The notes under the pieces: model-generated
What the model was told of the DNA's origin: nothing
Databases searched by the model: none
Seen by the model: only the letters and a program-made list of their open reading frames with translations
In this document: piece by piece, positions 1-9,488 of the stretch
Position numbering within the stretch: position 1 is the stretch's first letter
Layout: every line of letters starts with the position of its first letter
Assembly (NCBI GenBank): GCA_035650735.1
Contig: DASRGZ010000125.1
Coordinates: 1 to 47,671 of the forward strand
Reading direction: 5' to 3'
Source: Chthonomonadaceae bacterium
GTDB lineage: Bacteria > Armatimonadota > Chthonomonadetes > Chthonomonadales > Chthonomonadaceae
DNA: 47,671 bases
Program-made: the position numbers and the translations under genes

Positions 1-103
1 CAAGGACTTGAAGGCTGCGGTGGACGCGGCACTGACCAGGAAAGCCGAAGCATTGTTGGCAGCCCAACCAGAAACTAAGAACGAACTACGTGCGGCTGCT
101 TAG
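1..103 (+). mobile_element. 3' end of a probable IS630-family transposase and right end of the IS (truncated by window edge)
   Basis: Frame 2 is open from the edge: KDLKAAVDAALTRKAEALLAAQPETKNELRAAA*, ending ...GCGGCTGCT-TAG. The tail and TA-containing end resemble IS630-type elements; no catalytic motif is visible. Confidence 0.45.
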
Positions 104-195
104 TGGTGCCCCGAGTACACCTCGAGTCGCCGGGGAAGTACGCGACACAGGCTCTCGGCGATTTCCGATAATCGGCGAGAAGCGCAGGCCCGAGC

Positions 196-408
196 TTAGC
201 ACTCGGCCGCGAGCTCCTCCAGCTTCCTCCGGTATTCTACGAACGCGCGCAGAAAGGCTTTATGCCACCAGACGACATGGATCGCTTCCCTGCTCTCAGT
301 CTCCAGGCTTTCGAGCACCCGCTCGGCATCTTCCACCGATACGGCTACGGCCATTCGGGACACGTCCTTGATGTATTCCACTGTCGCGTGGATACTCCGC
401 TCGCTCAC
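196..408 (-). CDS. Small hypothetical protein (70 aa)
   Basis: GTG start with AAGGA RBS upstream; helical, protein-like composition; TATAAT on the minus strand at 664-669. Confidence 0.5.
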   Translation of the reverse strand: MSERSIHATVEYIKDVSRMAVAVSVEDAERVLESLETESREAIHVVWWHKAFLRAFVEYRRKLEELAAEC

Positions 409-879
409 TGGCGTTATTCCTTACCCTTCAAGCAGGGAATCGAGCTAGCCGGTCGCCTTTGCGTGCTCCATGTTATCGTTGGGCGAACGCTCCAGCGTCT
501 GGCAGCCAGAATACCCTTGGCGGCCCCTGGCGGTTCTCCTGAGGCCACGACCGCGGCTCCACGCTGCAACGTTCCGGCACTGGCGCGCACCCCGGCGGAC
601 GGAACCGTCGCTGTATCATGCACGCAACATAGAACGAGAGGGAGCCAATTGGCTGTTTGAAGTATTATAAGCCATATTCCGTTTTATCTTTAGGAGCTCG
701 CCCTCGCATTCTTACCGGCATTTGTCTTTGCTGCGCGCCATCCGTTGCCCCTGCCTTTCCTGCCAGGCCCTCCCCCTCGGGCACGCGCCTGTTGTCCCCC
801 GCCTTCCTAATCGGCCATTTTAGCGCTCTTGACAAACCCCCTATAGCTCTTTCTTTCGAGAGGAACAAGGGAGGGTTTA

Positions 880-1686
880 TCAGGCACGCTTCATCCGAAA
901 TCTCCCAAACCTAGCCGCGACCGCACCCTCCAAAGCGGCCCAGCGCACGAAACCCATGACCTCCGGCACAAGGGCAGGGTCGGGCGTATCGTCGGTGCGC
1001 CATGCCTGCGACCGCTCGACCGTGGAACGCCAGGGTTCGGGGAGCGTTTCCAGCGCCCACGCGACGGCAACGGGTTTACTGGAGAGCCGGCTGTGCGCCA
1101 GGGTGTATAGGGCGCGGCACATCGTCTCCACGACGTAGGCTTTATGGCGGCGGGGCAGCAGCCAATCGGGGTCATCCGGCTGGTCGGCCCAATCCGCCCA
1201 ATCGCGCAACCGAGCGCGCACCGCCGCGCGCAGATCCTGGGGCGAAATGGGAACGATGAGGGTCTGCGCATCAGGTCCGAGAAGCGCCACGCCGTGCTCG
1301 CGCACAGTCCAGCGCTCTAAAATCCAGTTGTCCCGGTGCTCGCTCCACGCCAGGGTTTCCCCTTGCCCCAGGGTGGGATGGCTCCGGCCTGCCTGGAAGC
1401 GCTTTAAGGCGGCGCGGTCTATGTAGGCTATCTCCAGCCGATTGGCATAGCAATTCGGCAAGGCCGCCAGTTGGCCGTGCAGGGCGGCAAGCCCGGCGAA
1501 CTCCCCGTCGTTGACGGGCCGCTCCGTAACGGCAAGCAGATCCAGGTCGCTGTAGTCGGGAAGGAAGTCGCCCAGCGCGAGGGAGCCGCGCAGGTACACG
1601 CCCAGAAGATTATCCATGAGCCTATCTTGAATGCCGGCCAGCAGGGCATTCAGCATCTCCGTTGCTTCCTGCGGAAGATCCCTCAT
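880..1686 (-). CDS. Nucleotidyltransferase, aminoglycoside adenylyltransferase-like (NTase + DUF4111-type C-terminal domain)
   Basis: Pol-beta NTase motif GVYLRGSLALGDF..SDLDLL; C-terminal YVVETMCRALYT..SSKPVAVAWA. Start placed at MRDLPQ (1686). Confidence 0.8.
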   Translation of the reverse strand: MRDLPQEATEMLNALLAGIQDRLMDNLLGVYLRGSLALGDFLPDYSDLDLLAVTERPVNDGEFAGLAALHGQLAALPNCYANRLEIAYIDRAALKRFQAGRSHPTLGQGETLAWSEHRDNWILERWTVREHGVALLGPDAQTLIVPISPQDLRAAVRARLRDWADWADQPDDPDWLLPRRHKAYVVETMCRALYTLAHSRLSSKPVAVAWALETLPEPWRSTVERSQAWRTDDTPDPALVPEVMGFVRWAALEGAVAARFGRFRMKRA

Positions 1687-1752
1687 GGCTTCAAGTCCAG
1701 TTGCGGGCGAATGAATTCGCAGCAACCAAGGCACGAAGTCGCCCTACGGCGA

Positions 1753-2658
1753 CTAAGTCCTCCCCTCTCCCGCAGCGCCGGGAGAGGGGTTGGGGGTGAG
1801 GGCCATATAGGGAAACAGGATGAACCGCTCGATAGCGCGCGCCACGCCGTCCTCCTCCAGGGAGGCGGTGACCCAATCGGCCACGGCGCACACCTCCGGC
1901 AGCGCGTTGCCCATCGCGACCCCTATGCCCGCCCACGTCAGCATCTCCAGATCGTTAATGTGGTCTCCAATCGCCATCGTCTCTGCCTGCGAAACTCCCA
2001 GCCGCTCGGCGATCAATTCCAGTCCCCGGCACTTGTTGACGCGGGCGGTAAAGACATCCATGCCCCAATGATCTGCCGTGCCGGACTCAATCAGGCTCAG
2101 GTCGGCGGGCAGGCGGGCGCGTAGCTGCTGTACCAGCGGGCGGATCTTCTCCGGGGGGCCAAATGTGCTCACCGAGACGGGCGCAAAGGGCAGGTCTTCC
2201 AGAATGGCGGGGTGAGGCCGGTAACGCGGTCGGGTGGCCCAGGGCCCGACCGGCAGGTCGGGATGGTAGAGCACGCGCGCACTCTCGATAGTTGGTCCCG
2301 TGCCGTCTTCATAGACGTAAGGCTCCAGTCCGAGGGTGACGATGGCCCGCACGACCTCCAGCGCCATCGGAATCGGCAGGAGGTGACGGCAGAGCACCTC
2401 CTGCGTATCCAGGTGCATCACCACCCCGCCGTTCGAGCTAATCACGTAGCCCAGCGGCGGGCCGATCAGCTCGGCAATCGGCTGCGCGGTATGGCGCGTG
2501 CGTCCGGTACAGAGGATGATTTCGCAGTCCCGTTCCCTCGCCGCCCGGATCGCTCTTTGCACGCCCGGAGAGACGCGGTTCTCCGCGCCGACGAGCGTGC
2601 CGTCAATATCTACAAATAGGGCGCGAATCGGCGCCCGAACAGGCGTTTGCTCCAACAT
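1753..2658 (-). CDS. Cof-type HAD-IIB family hydrolase
   Basis: DIDGTL, CTGR, SSNGG, AIGDHINDLEML and GVAMGNA motifs. The start could be 2658 or 2679. Confidence 0.92.
   Translation of the reverse strand: MLEQTPVRAPIRALFVDIDGTLVGAENRVSPGVQRAIRAARERDCEIILCTGRTRHTAQPIAELIGPPLGYVISSNGGVVMHLDTQEVLCRHLLPIPMALEVVRAIVTLGLEPYVYEDGTGPTIESARVLYHPDLPVGPWATRPRYRPHPAILEDLPFAPVSVSTFGPPEKIRPLVQQLRARLPADLSLIESGTADHWGMDVFTARVNKCRGLELIAERLGVSQAETMAIGDHINDLEMLTWAGIGVAMGNALPEVCAVADWVTASLEEDGVARAIERFILFPYMALTPNPSPGAAGEGRT
1759..1803 (-). repeat. REP-like palindrome CCCTCACCCC-N-CCCCTCTCCC-loop-GGGAGAGGGG
   Basis: Hairpin CCCCTCTCCC/GGGAGAGGGG; the same family occurs at 10372-10917 (split) and degenerate at 39331-39430. 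The HAD ORF reads through it. Confidence 0.8.
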
Positions 2659-2753
2659 ATCTCTATTATACTGGCTCACGGGGCAAATCCGCTGACTCTT
2701 CCCCCAGCGAAAGACGCCTTTCCGGCGCTCTCTGCCTGCCGGGAGGCCCTTGC

Positions 2754-2783
2754 TTGACCCTTATGGCCTCTTCTGAGTATAAT
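2754..2783 (+). promoter_or_regulatory. Sigma70-type promoter for the DUF951 operon
   Basis: TTGACC (2754-2759) N18 TATAAT (2778-2783). Confidence 0.65.
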
Positions 2784-2822
2784 GGCTGTCACAGGGGAGA
2801 AGAACACAGACAGGGGAAGACG

Positions 2823-3047
2823 ATGACGTTGCGGTTACCTGTCGTTGTTGGGATGCGCGTGCGCTTACGCAAGCCGCACCCTTGCGGCGGCTATGAATGG
2901 ACGGTGACGCGAACGGGCGCGGATGTCGGCGTGGCCTGCGACCGCTGCGGACGCCGGGTGATGTTGGAGCGCGAAGAGTTCGAGCGGCGGGTCAAGCAGG
3001 TGCTGGAGATGCCCGGCGCGTCCGCCTCGGAGGAGGCCAAGTCATGA
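2823..3047 (+). CDS. DUF951 family protein
   Basis: RLRKPHPCGGYEW..R.GADV...C..CGRRVML.R..FERRVK signature; GGGGA RBS before ATG 2823. Confidence 0.88.
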   Translation: MTLRLPVVVGMRVRLRKPHPCGGYEWTVTRTGADVGVACDRCGRRVMLEREEFERRVKQVLEMPGASASEEAKS

Positions 3048-4522
3048 GCGCGCGCCACCGCGATTCCCGCCCCGAAAAGCCCCGCCCAACCCTTGCGATT
3101 CCGCTGTCCTGGATGGGCTGCGCCCTGGCGCTCCTCTGCCCGGCGTGTGGTTCCGTTCCCTCTCAAGCCGACGATTCCAATGGGGCGCTCCTGCGGCCAA
3201 CGCAGGTGGAGGCCGCACAGGCCCGCGCAGCGCCCACGCCGCCGGAGGCGTCCGCATCGCCGGAAACGGTGGCGTCGGTGCTGGTGGAGGCGGATGCGAC
3301 CCGAACGGCCCCTGCCGATCCGCAAGCTCTGCGCGCCGTCCTCGGCGCACTGCCCCTGACAAACGCCGACGCAGGAACCTCCGATGCTGCGCGTGCCAGC
3401 CAGGAGCCGGACTGGTTCCGGTGGGGACGCCTGAACGCTTCACGCACCCGCGCTGCCGCTCTGTTACCTGCCGCGCTGCCTGCCGATAGCCTCAGCGTCT
3501 ATACCGTCCGCTTCTCGGAGGGCGCAACCGTCTGCCTTGCCAACCGTTCCGGGCAAAAAGTGCGGGCGCGCGTGCGACTCCATCTGCCGCGCGGCGTCTA
3601 TCGAATCGAGCGGCTGACGCTGGCGCCTCCGACGGCGGGCGTGGCGTCCGCTGCCGCGCCGGGTTCCCCTGCCGATGCCTCGGATCAGATGGCGGGAGAG
3701 GCACGCCCGGCAGAGACCTCTGCGACGCTGGAGGGCCGCCTGGAGCGCACAGGCGCGCGAGACCTGGGACGGCCTGCCGCCATTACCGCCTACAGCGCGC
3801 TGGAGCCGGGGCAGGTCTGCCTGCTGCGCGCAACCGATGAGGCGGCTGCTGTCAACCTGGCGCTGGCCGCGCTTCGCCTTCGGCTGCATGAACTGGCCGT
3901 CTCCGCGCCCGGCCCGGCCCGACGCCTGCGCCGTATTCTGGGCGAGGGCCGCCGCGATATGGGCGACCTGCGAGCCAGGGACGGACGCGCCAGCAGCAGG
4001 GAGCGGCGGCTGGAGCGCATTCACCACCTGCTGCTGGTGGTCGCGCAGGCCCTTTCTCTGCACCGTAACTTTCAGGAGCGTGGACTCGTCCAAACAGACG
4101 CAGCAACTGCGGTCATGGACGCGTTAACACGCCTTGCCGATGCGCTCTCTGAGGCCAGCGCCGCCATTCTCGGCCTGGTGCCCCAGGTTACCGTCGAGAC
4201 GCCGCCGACAGACGCCCCCGCGCCGCAAACCGATCCGGCAGGCGCTCTTGACCGCAGGATCACCGTAGGTCTGGCCAATACCGGATCGCGTTCGGTGGAT
4301 ATGGTCAAGATCGGGCTTAACCTCGCTGCGCTCCCGGCCAATGTTACCTGCAAGCCCACCGATGCCGCCTTTTTCGGGACGCTCCGGCCCGGCCAGGCGG
4401 TGCGGGCCACCTTTCAACTGCATGTTCCTGCCGCTGTCCGCCTGCCCGGCAGCCGCTGCATTGGTGATGTGTCCTACTTTGCCGCGCACGCTCCAGCCCA
4501 TCTGCGCCCGCACGCCTGGTAG
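3044..4522 (+). CDS. Hypothetical exported protein with probable C-terminal Ig-like domain
   Basis: ATG overlaps the DUF951 stop (ATGA); hydrophobic N-terminal segment ending in Cys; C-terminal ITVGLANTGS..GTLRPGQAVRATFQLHVP is CARDB/NEW3-like. Confidence 0.7.
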   Translation: MSARHRDSRPEKPRPTLAIPLSWMGCALALLCPACGSVPSQADDSNGALLRPTQVEAAQARAAPTPPEASASPETVASVLVEADATRTAPADPQALRAVLGALPLTNADAGTSDAARASQEPDWFRWGRLNASRTRAAALLPAALPADSLSVYTVRFSEGATVCLANRSGQKVRARVRLHLPRGVYRIERLTLAPPTAGVASAAAPGSPADASDQMAGEARPAETSATLEGRLERTGARDLGRPAAITAYSALEPGQVCLLRATDEAAAVNLALAALRLRLHELAVSAPGPARRLRRILGEGRRDMGDLRARDGRASSRERRLERIHHLLLVVAQALSLHRNFQERGLVQTDAATAVMDALTRLADALSEASAAILGLVPQVTVETPPTDAPAPQTDPAGALDRRITVGLANTGSRSVDMVKIGLNLAALPANVTCKPTDAAFFGTLRPGQAVRATFQLHVPAAVRLPGSRCIGDVSYFAAHAPAHLRPHAW

Positions 4523-4708
4523 GAACCAGGCAGGCGAACGTAGAATTAATCCCTACTTTAGAGACCTCTTACATAGCCGCCCTAGAGACGGATACTTGAT
4601 GACCTGTGATATTAATTGCCCGCGTAGGCGGGCAAATGGCCGTAGGCCCCACAGCGGCAGGGTTTAGCCTGCCGGATAAGCCAGGCGTTACTCACAAAGC
4701 TGCGTAAG

Positions 4709-6478
4709 GTGAGCGAGGTAAATCACATGCACTCTTCAGGAAGGCGCTGTGGGGCGAAGACGCCGCACGCCGCGCATAGAAGCTTGACGCTGGCCGCGCG
4801 CCTGGTTCCCCTGCTGCTATTGGGCCTGCTGGCGCTGACCGGCAGCGCCGCGTTTGCCGCCCAGATCAAGCTGTCTACGCCCGCCAAAGACGGCGAGAAG
4901 ATCAGCGATGTCTATACGCTGGTCGCCAAAGCGGAGAGCCCGGACGGAATTGATAAGGTCGAGTTCCGCGTGGACGACCAGCTGCGGTTTACCGATACTA
5001 GCACTCCCTATGAGTTTGAATGGGATACCCTGGCCGATACGGAAGGGCCGCATAAAGTCACCATCACCGCCTACGACAGCAACGGCGCGACCAAGCGCCT
5101 TGCACTCACCCTGGTCATCGCGAACGAGCTAGACCTGGGTGCCGAGGCTCTGGCGCAGAAGGCGCAGGACGCCCTCCGCGCCAAAGAGGACGAGACGGCG
5201 GCGCGCTATGCCCGCCGCGCCCTCAAAGTGGACCCGGCCAACCTGAGCGCCAATCGGGTGCAGGCCAGCCTCTATGCCCAGAAGGGGGAGTGGGATAAGG
5301 CGATTGCCGCTCTGGAGAAGGCCAAGATACCGGATAGCGATACCGAGACGATGCAGCAGTTGGCCTCCTACCGGATGCAGCGCGCTCTGCTCCCGGAAAA
5401 CGCCGCCAACTTCGCCACCGATTTGCAGGCCGTCGTCGAGCTGCGCCGCAAGGTGGACGATATCGCCGTCAACAAAGCGATGGAGAAGAATAAAGCGGCG
5501 ACCGAGAACTCGCAGACGCGGGCGCAGGCGCACGAGGATATCGGCGATCGGCTGATGGAGGCGGGACGCTACTCAGAGGCCATCCAGGAGTACAAGCAGT
5601 GCGGTCAGGAGATTCTAAGCACGCCGGCGGATTGCGTCAACCGCCTGGCGCTCGCCTACGTGCTCACGAATCAGATGCGGGAGGCGCGGCTGCAAATAGA
5701 GGCGCTGACGCGCGAGAAGCGGGATACTCCGGCCACCCATGCCATCTGGGGGCTGCTGTTGCTGCGCACGCGCCAGTTCCGTGAGGCCCGCGACGCCGTG
5801 CAGCCGGACATCGCGGCGCACTATCCCGGCGCGCTCATCATCGCCGCTTTTGCCGATACCGTCTTGCGGAAGAGGGAGCAGGGGGCAGAGGAGGCGAAAG
5901 AAGCGGCCCGCTTGCTGCCCGACGCCGCCGATGCCCAGTATGCGCTGGCGGCAACCTCGCTCGACCTGCGCGAATCCGAACGCGCCCTGCACCGGGCATT
6001 GGCGCTCAATCCGTACCAGAGCGGGCCGATCCTTGACTACGCCGCCCGCCAGTTCGTCCTCAAGAACATCACCCAGGAGCGGATCGATCAGCTTCTCAAC
6101 GTCGTCAACTACGTCCTGAAAAGGGACCCGGACAACGTGAACGCCAAGCTGATGCAGGTGATGCTCTATCTACAGGCCAATCGCGTCAATGATGCCGAAC
6201 CGATCCTGGCCGCGCTATTGCAGCAGGAGAATACGGCGCTCGACCTGCTGTTCGCCGGCTCGGTCTACTCGCGCTACAAGGAGAACTTCGGGCAGATAAC
6301 GCGGTTCCTAGAGGCGATCAATCGGCTCTCCCCGGAAACCTACTATGACGTTACCAACCTGAGCAAGCCGCAGCAGGCTATCGCCTACTTCGACTTGAAG
6401 AGGCGCTATCGCGCCGATCCTTTCCTGACCGTCACGACGCTCTTTGCGCCCAAATCGGAGGCGACCAGCGCCCCGTAA
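4709..6478 (+). CDS. Secreted Ig-like (Big) domain + TPR-repeat protein
   Basis: Signal peptide ..GSAAFA; GIDKVEFRVD..PYEFEWDT..GPHKVTITAYDSNG Big domain; multiple TPR-like helices. The start may be 4727. Confidence 0.85.
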   Translation: MSEVNHMHSSGRRCGAKTPHAAHRSLTLAARLVPLLLLGLLALTGSAAFAAQIKLSTPAKDGEKISDVYTLVAKAESPDGIDKVEFRVDDQLRFTDTSTPYEFEWDTLADTEGPHKVTITAYDSNGATKRLALTLVIANELDLGAEALAQKAQDALRAKEDETAARYARRALKVDPANLSANRVQASLYAQKGEWDKAIAALEKAKIPDSDTETMQQLASYRMQRALLPENAANFATDLQAVVELRRKVDDIAVNKAMEKNKAATENSQTRAQAHEDIGDRLMEAGRYSEAIQEYKQCGQEILSTPADCVNRLALAYVLTNQMREARLQIEALTREKRDTPATHAIWGLLLLRTRQFREARDAVQPDIAAHYPGALIIAAFADTVLRKREQGAEEAKEAARLLPDAADAQYALAATSLDLRESERALHRALALNPYQSGPILDYAARQFVLKNITQERIDQLLNVVNYVLKRDPDNVNAKLMQVMLYLQANRVNDAEPILAALLQQENTALDLLFAGSVYSRYKENFGQITRFLEAINRLSPETYYDVTNLSKPQQAIAYFDLKRRYRADPFLTVTTLFAPKSEATSAP

Positions 6479-6522
6479 GGAACGGCATCCGCCCCAGGCT
6501 GGCCCTGAGGGAAACATTGCTA

Positions 6523-6551
6523 TTGACAGCAGCGCCGGCCTGTCGTATAAT
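6523..6551 (+). promoter_or_regulatory. Perfect-consensus sigma70 promoter
   Basis: TTGACA (6523-6528) N17 TATAAT (6546-6551). Confidence 0.9.
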
Positions 6552-6591
6552 AATCTCAACACCGATTTTTGCGGAAAGGAAGTCGTCGTCC

Positions 6592-6690
6592 ATGCCATCT
6601 GGCACGGGGACAACCACATACGAGCTTCTGGCGGCACGGCGCATCCCGCGCTGTGTGGGTGTGCCACCGCTGGCCCAGGCTGTATTGTGA
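6592..6690 (+). CDS. Putative 32-aa leader peptide MPSGTGTTTYELLAARRIPRCVGVPPLAQAVL
   Basis: GGAAAGGA purine tract 11 nt upstream of the ATG; below the ORF-track cutoff; translation unproven. Confidence 0.35.
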   Translation: MPSGTGTTTYELLAARRIPRCVGVPPLAQAVL

Positions 6691-6796
6691 CTCAAAGTAC
6701 CCCGTGACTCTGGCAGACGTTTGGACGGAACCCGATAACCCCGCGTGATGCAGGCGTGGCCCTCTAAGGCTGACGCCGTGCCGCAAACGCTTTGTG

Positions 6797-6838
6797 GCCC
6801 ACCGCCAACCCGCTCCTGCCGGTTCGCGGTGGGCTTTT
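6797..6838 (+). terminator. Intrinsic terminator upstream of the ABC-F gene
   Basis: GCCCACCGC (6797-6805) / GCGGTGGGC (6826-6834) stem followed by TTTT. Confidence 0.7.
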
Positions 6839-6916
6839 CCATGTATTCCACCGGGAAACAGAGCGTTGCGGCGAACGGCGAGTGGCCGCAGCGCCGATCT
6901 TGCGGAGAGACTGACG

Positions 6917-8929
6917 ATGAGCCTTCTGGTAGTCAATAATCTGGAAAAATCGTATGGCGGCGATACCATTCTGTCGGGCGTGAGCTTCCGGCTGCACTGG
7001 CGGCAGAAGCTGGGCCTGGTTGGGCGCAACGGCAGCGGCAAGACCACGCTGCTGCGGATCTTGACCGGCCAGCAGGAGGCCGACAAGGGCACGGTCAACT
7101 ATGCGCGCGGCGCACGCATCGGCTATCTGCGGCAGGAGGACGCCGTAGACCCGCACAAGACCGTGCTTCAGGAGGCGGAGGCTGCCTTCGCCCCTGTCCT
7201 GGAGATGGAGCGGCGCCTGCGCGCGGTCGAGCACGAGATGGCCGCAGCAACGACCGATGAAGAGCTGGAGCGGGTCATGGAGGAGTATAGCCTCCTGCAC
7301 GACCGTTTCGAGGCGATGGGCGGCTACGACAACCTGCGCGACATCCCCGGAGTCCTCAAGCGGCTCGGCTTTGAGCAGGGCGATCTCGGCAAGCTGTGCG
7401 GCAAGCTCTCCGGCGGCGAAAAGACGCGGCTGGCCATCGCGCGCCTGCTGCTCTCCGGCCCCGACATCCTCTTCCTCGATGAGCCGACCAACCATCTCGA
7501 CATCGAGGCGACCGAGTGGCTGGAGGGCTTTCTGAAGGACTTCGGCGGCGCGCTGGTGCTCGTTGCCCACGACCGCTACTTCCTGGATCGCGTCGCCACC
7601 ACCATCGCCGAGATCGAGAACACAAAGCTGACCCTCTATCACGGCAACTTCTCCTCCTTCTGGACCCAGAAGCAGGCCAACCGGCAGCGCCAGGCCGAGC
7701 TCTACGAGCGAGAACAGCGCGAGATCGCCCGGCTGACCGAGTTCTTCGAGAAGTGGAAGAACACGCCCTCCAGGCGCTCGCAGGCCCTGAGTCGCCTGCG
7801 CTGGGCCGAGCGCATCCGCGCGCACGGCCTGACCCAGAATCCGAATGCGACGGCAACGGAGAAGCCGAAGCCTAACGGCAAGAACATGCGGCTGGCCATC
7901 AAGCCGACGCAGTTGAGCGGCAACGAAGTCATCGTTCTGGATCGGGTGGGCAAGCGCTACGGCGACCGCGTGCTCTTCGAGGACGTGACCGCGCTCATTC
8001 GACGCGGCGAGCGCGTCGGCATCGTTGGGCCTAACGGCGCCGGTAAGTCCACTCTGGTCAAGATCATCCTGGAGCGGGAGACGCCGACCTCTGGCATGGC
8101 GCGGCTGGGAGCCAGCATCACCGTCGGCTACTTCGCCCAGGATACGAGCGACCTGGACCTGGAAGCGACCGTGCTGGAAAACATGCTCAGCGTCGCGGAT
8201 ATGTCCCCGACGGAGGCCAGAACCCACCTGGGCAAGTTCCTCTTTACCGGCGACGATGTGTTCCGGCAGGTCAAATTTCTCTCCGGCGGCGAGAAGAACA
8301 AGCTGGTGCTGGCGCAGTTGACCTATCTGCGCCCGAACCTGCTCATCCTGGACGAGCCGACCAACCATCTCGATCTGGACTCGCGGGAGGCGCTGGCGCA
8401 GATGCTGCGCAACTACGAGGGCACGCTGCTGCTCGTCTCCCACGACCGTTACCTGCTCGATCAGGTGACCAACCGCACGCTGGAGGTCGCGGACGGCAAG
8501 GTAACTCTCTTCGACGGCCCTTACGCTCAGTTCCGGGCCAAGAAGGCGGCGGGCCAGTTGAACCGGCGCGTGGCCGCGCCCCAGTCCGGCAAACCGGCGG
8601 AGAAGCCGGGTGCGGACAGCCGCCAGCCTACGCTGGAGACGCTGCTTTCCCAGCGCCCGACTTCCGCCGTGACCATTCCCACCGGCCTGAATTTCCACCA
8701 GATGGCGAAGGAGCGGCAGCGGGCCCGCAACCAGGTAGCGGCGGTGGAGCGACGGATCGAGACGCTGGAGGCGCGGCTGCGCGCCATCGAGGCGGCGCTT
8801 TCCCATCCGGCCCCCACCGATAACGTCGTCGCGCTTTCTCAGGAGCATGGCGGCGTGCAGTCCGCGCTGGCCGAGGCGCTGGCCGCCTGGGAGCAGGCGT
8901 CCGCTTACGCCGAAGCGTTAGGGAGCTAG
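6917..8929 (+). CDS. ABC-F family ATPase (ribosome-associated, Uup/YfmR-like, with C-terminal coiled coil)
   Basis: Two ABC cassettes (GRNGSGKT/LSGGEK/LDEPTNHLD and GPNGAGKS/LSGGEK/LDEPTNHLD); no transmembrane segments; GGAG RBS before ATG 6917. Confidence 0.95.
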   Translation: MSLLVVNNLEKSYGGDTILSGVSFRLHWRQKLGLVGRNGSGKTTLLRILTGQQEADKGTVNYARGARIGYLRQEDAVDPHKTVLQEAEAAFAPVLEMERRLRAVEHEMAAATTDEELERVMEEYSLLHDRFEAMGGYDNLRDIPGVLKRLGFEQGDLGKLCGKLSGGEKTRLAIARLLLSGPDILFLDEPTNHLDIEATEWLEGFLKDFGGALVLVAHDRYFLDRVATTIAEIENTKLTLYHGNFSSFWTQKQANRQRQAELYEREQREIARLTEFFEKWKNTPSRRSQALSRLRWAERIRAHGLTQNPNATATEKPKPNGKNMRLAIKPTQLSGNEVIVLDRVGKRYGDRVLFEDVTALIRRGERVGIVGPNGAGKSTLVKIILERETPTSGMARLGASITVGYFAQDTSDLDLEATVLENMLSVADMSPTEARTHLGKFLFTGDDVFRQVKFLSGGEKNKLVLAQLTYLRPNLLILDEPTNHLDLDSREALAQMLRNYEGTLLLVSHDRYLLDQVTNRTLEVADGKVTLFDGPYAQFRAKKAAGQLNRRVAAPQSGKPAEKPGADSRQPTLETLLSQRPTSAVTIPTGLNFHQMAKERQRARNQVAAVERRIETLEARLRAIEAALSHPAPTDNVVALSQEHGGVQSALAEALAAWEQASAYAEALGS

Positions 8930-9414
8930 GGTGAACCGTCCATACAGCGCAGAGATCCGCACCGGAAAAGCAGGGAGCAGGCAGCAGGAAAGCGATAGGA
9001 GAACCTCTCTCGCAGCGCAGAGAACCTATCCGCTGCAACCCAAAACCTGGTTCCTTGCAACGGAGTGAACCGAATGGACTGGAGTTACAAATAATTTTCA
9101 ACTCTGGTTGAAATGTGGGAACAATGTAGGCAGTCTGCCCGTCTATACGGGCGAATATCGTTTGGATCTGGCCTTCCCCGCTCTTCGAGCGGTTGAGGAT
9201 AGATACAAACAAATAAATAGACGCAGAAACTGAATACCGTGCGCCGAAACGGCCAGGTGCGTCGTTTCGGAGTTCAGGCCAGGAGCGCCTAGCGCAATGT
9301 TTTTCATGGACATTGCGTAGGCGCTCTTTTATATATTGAATTCAGATTGACATATACCGGAATTGGCAGACCATTCGAGGAATTGAGCGGACAATACACG
9401 GTAGTTCCAACAGC

Positions 9415-9488
9415 ATAGCGGCACAACGGAATAACGGCAATCGGCGCGACCGACACGACAATGGAATAACGGCACAATTCCATAATGC
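9415..9488 (+). repeat. Degenerate octamer array A(T/C)A(A/G)(C/T)GG(C/A)
   Basis: ATAGCGGC ACAACGGA ATAACGGC ... ACAATGGA ATAACGGC ACAATTCC ATAATGCA. Confidence 0.6.

Larger units (their letters stand above)
6558..6838 (+). ncRNA. Highly structured RNA or leader (attenuator of the ABC-F gene, or 6S-like ncRNA)
   Basis: Lies between a consensus promoter and an intrinsic terminator. Nested pairings CGTCCA/TGGACG, TGCCA/TGGCA, CACGGGG/CCCCGTG, CACATAC/GTATTGTG, plus an alternative 11-bp helix 6631-6641/6774-6784. Confidence 0.5.

Noticed and set aside
414..623. 69-aa minus-strand ORF upstream of the 70-aa gene
   Set aside because: No RBS or recognisable motif; composition is not convincingly protein-like.
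8930..9400. Coding remnants or ncRNA in the long gap after the ABC-F gene
   Set aside because: Listed ORFs lack RBS and motifs; only short repeats (CAGCGCAGAGA x2) and a weak lac-operator-like string are present, consistent with chance.
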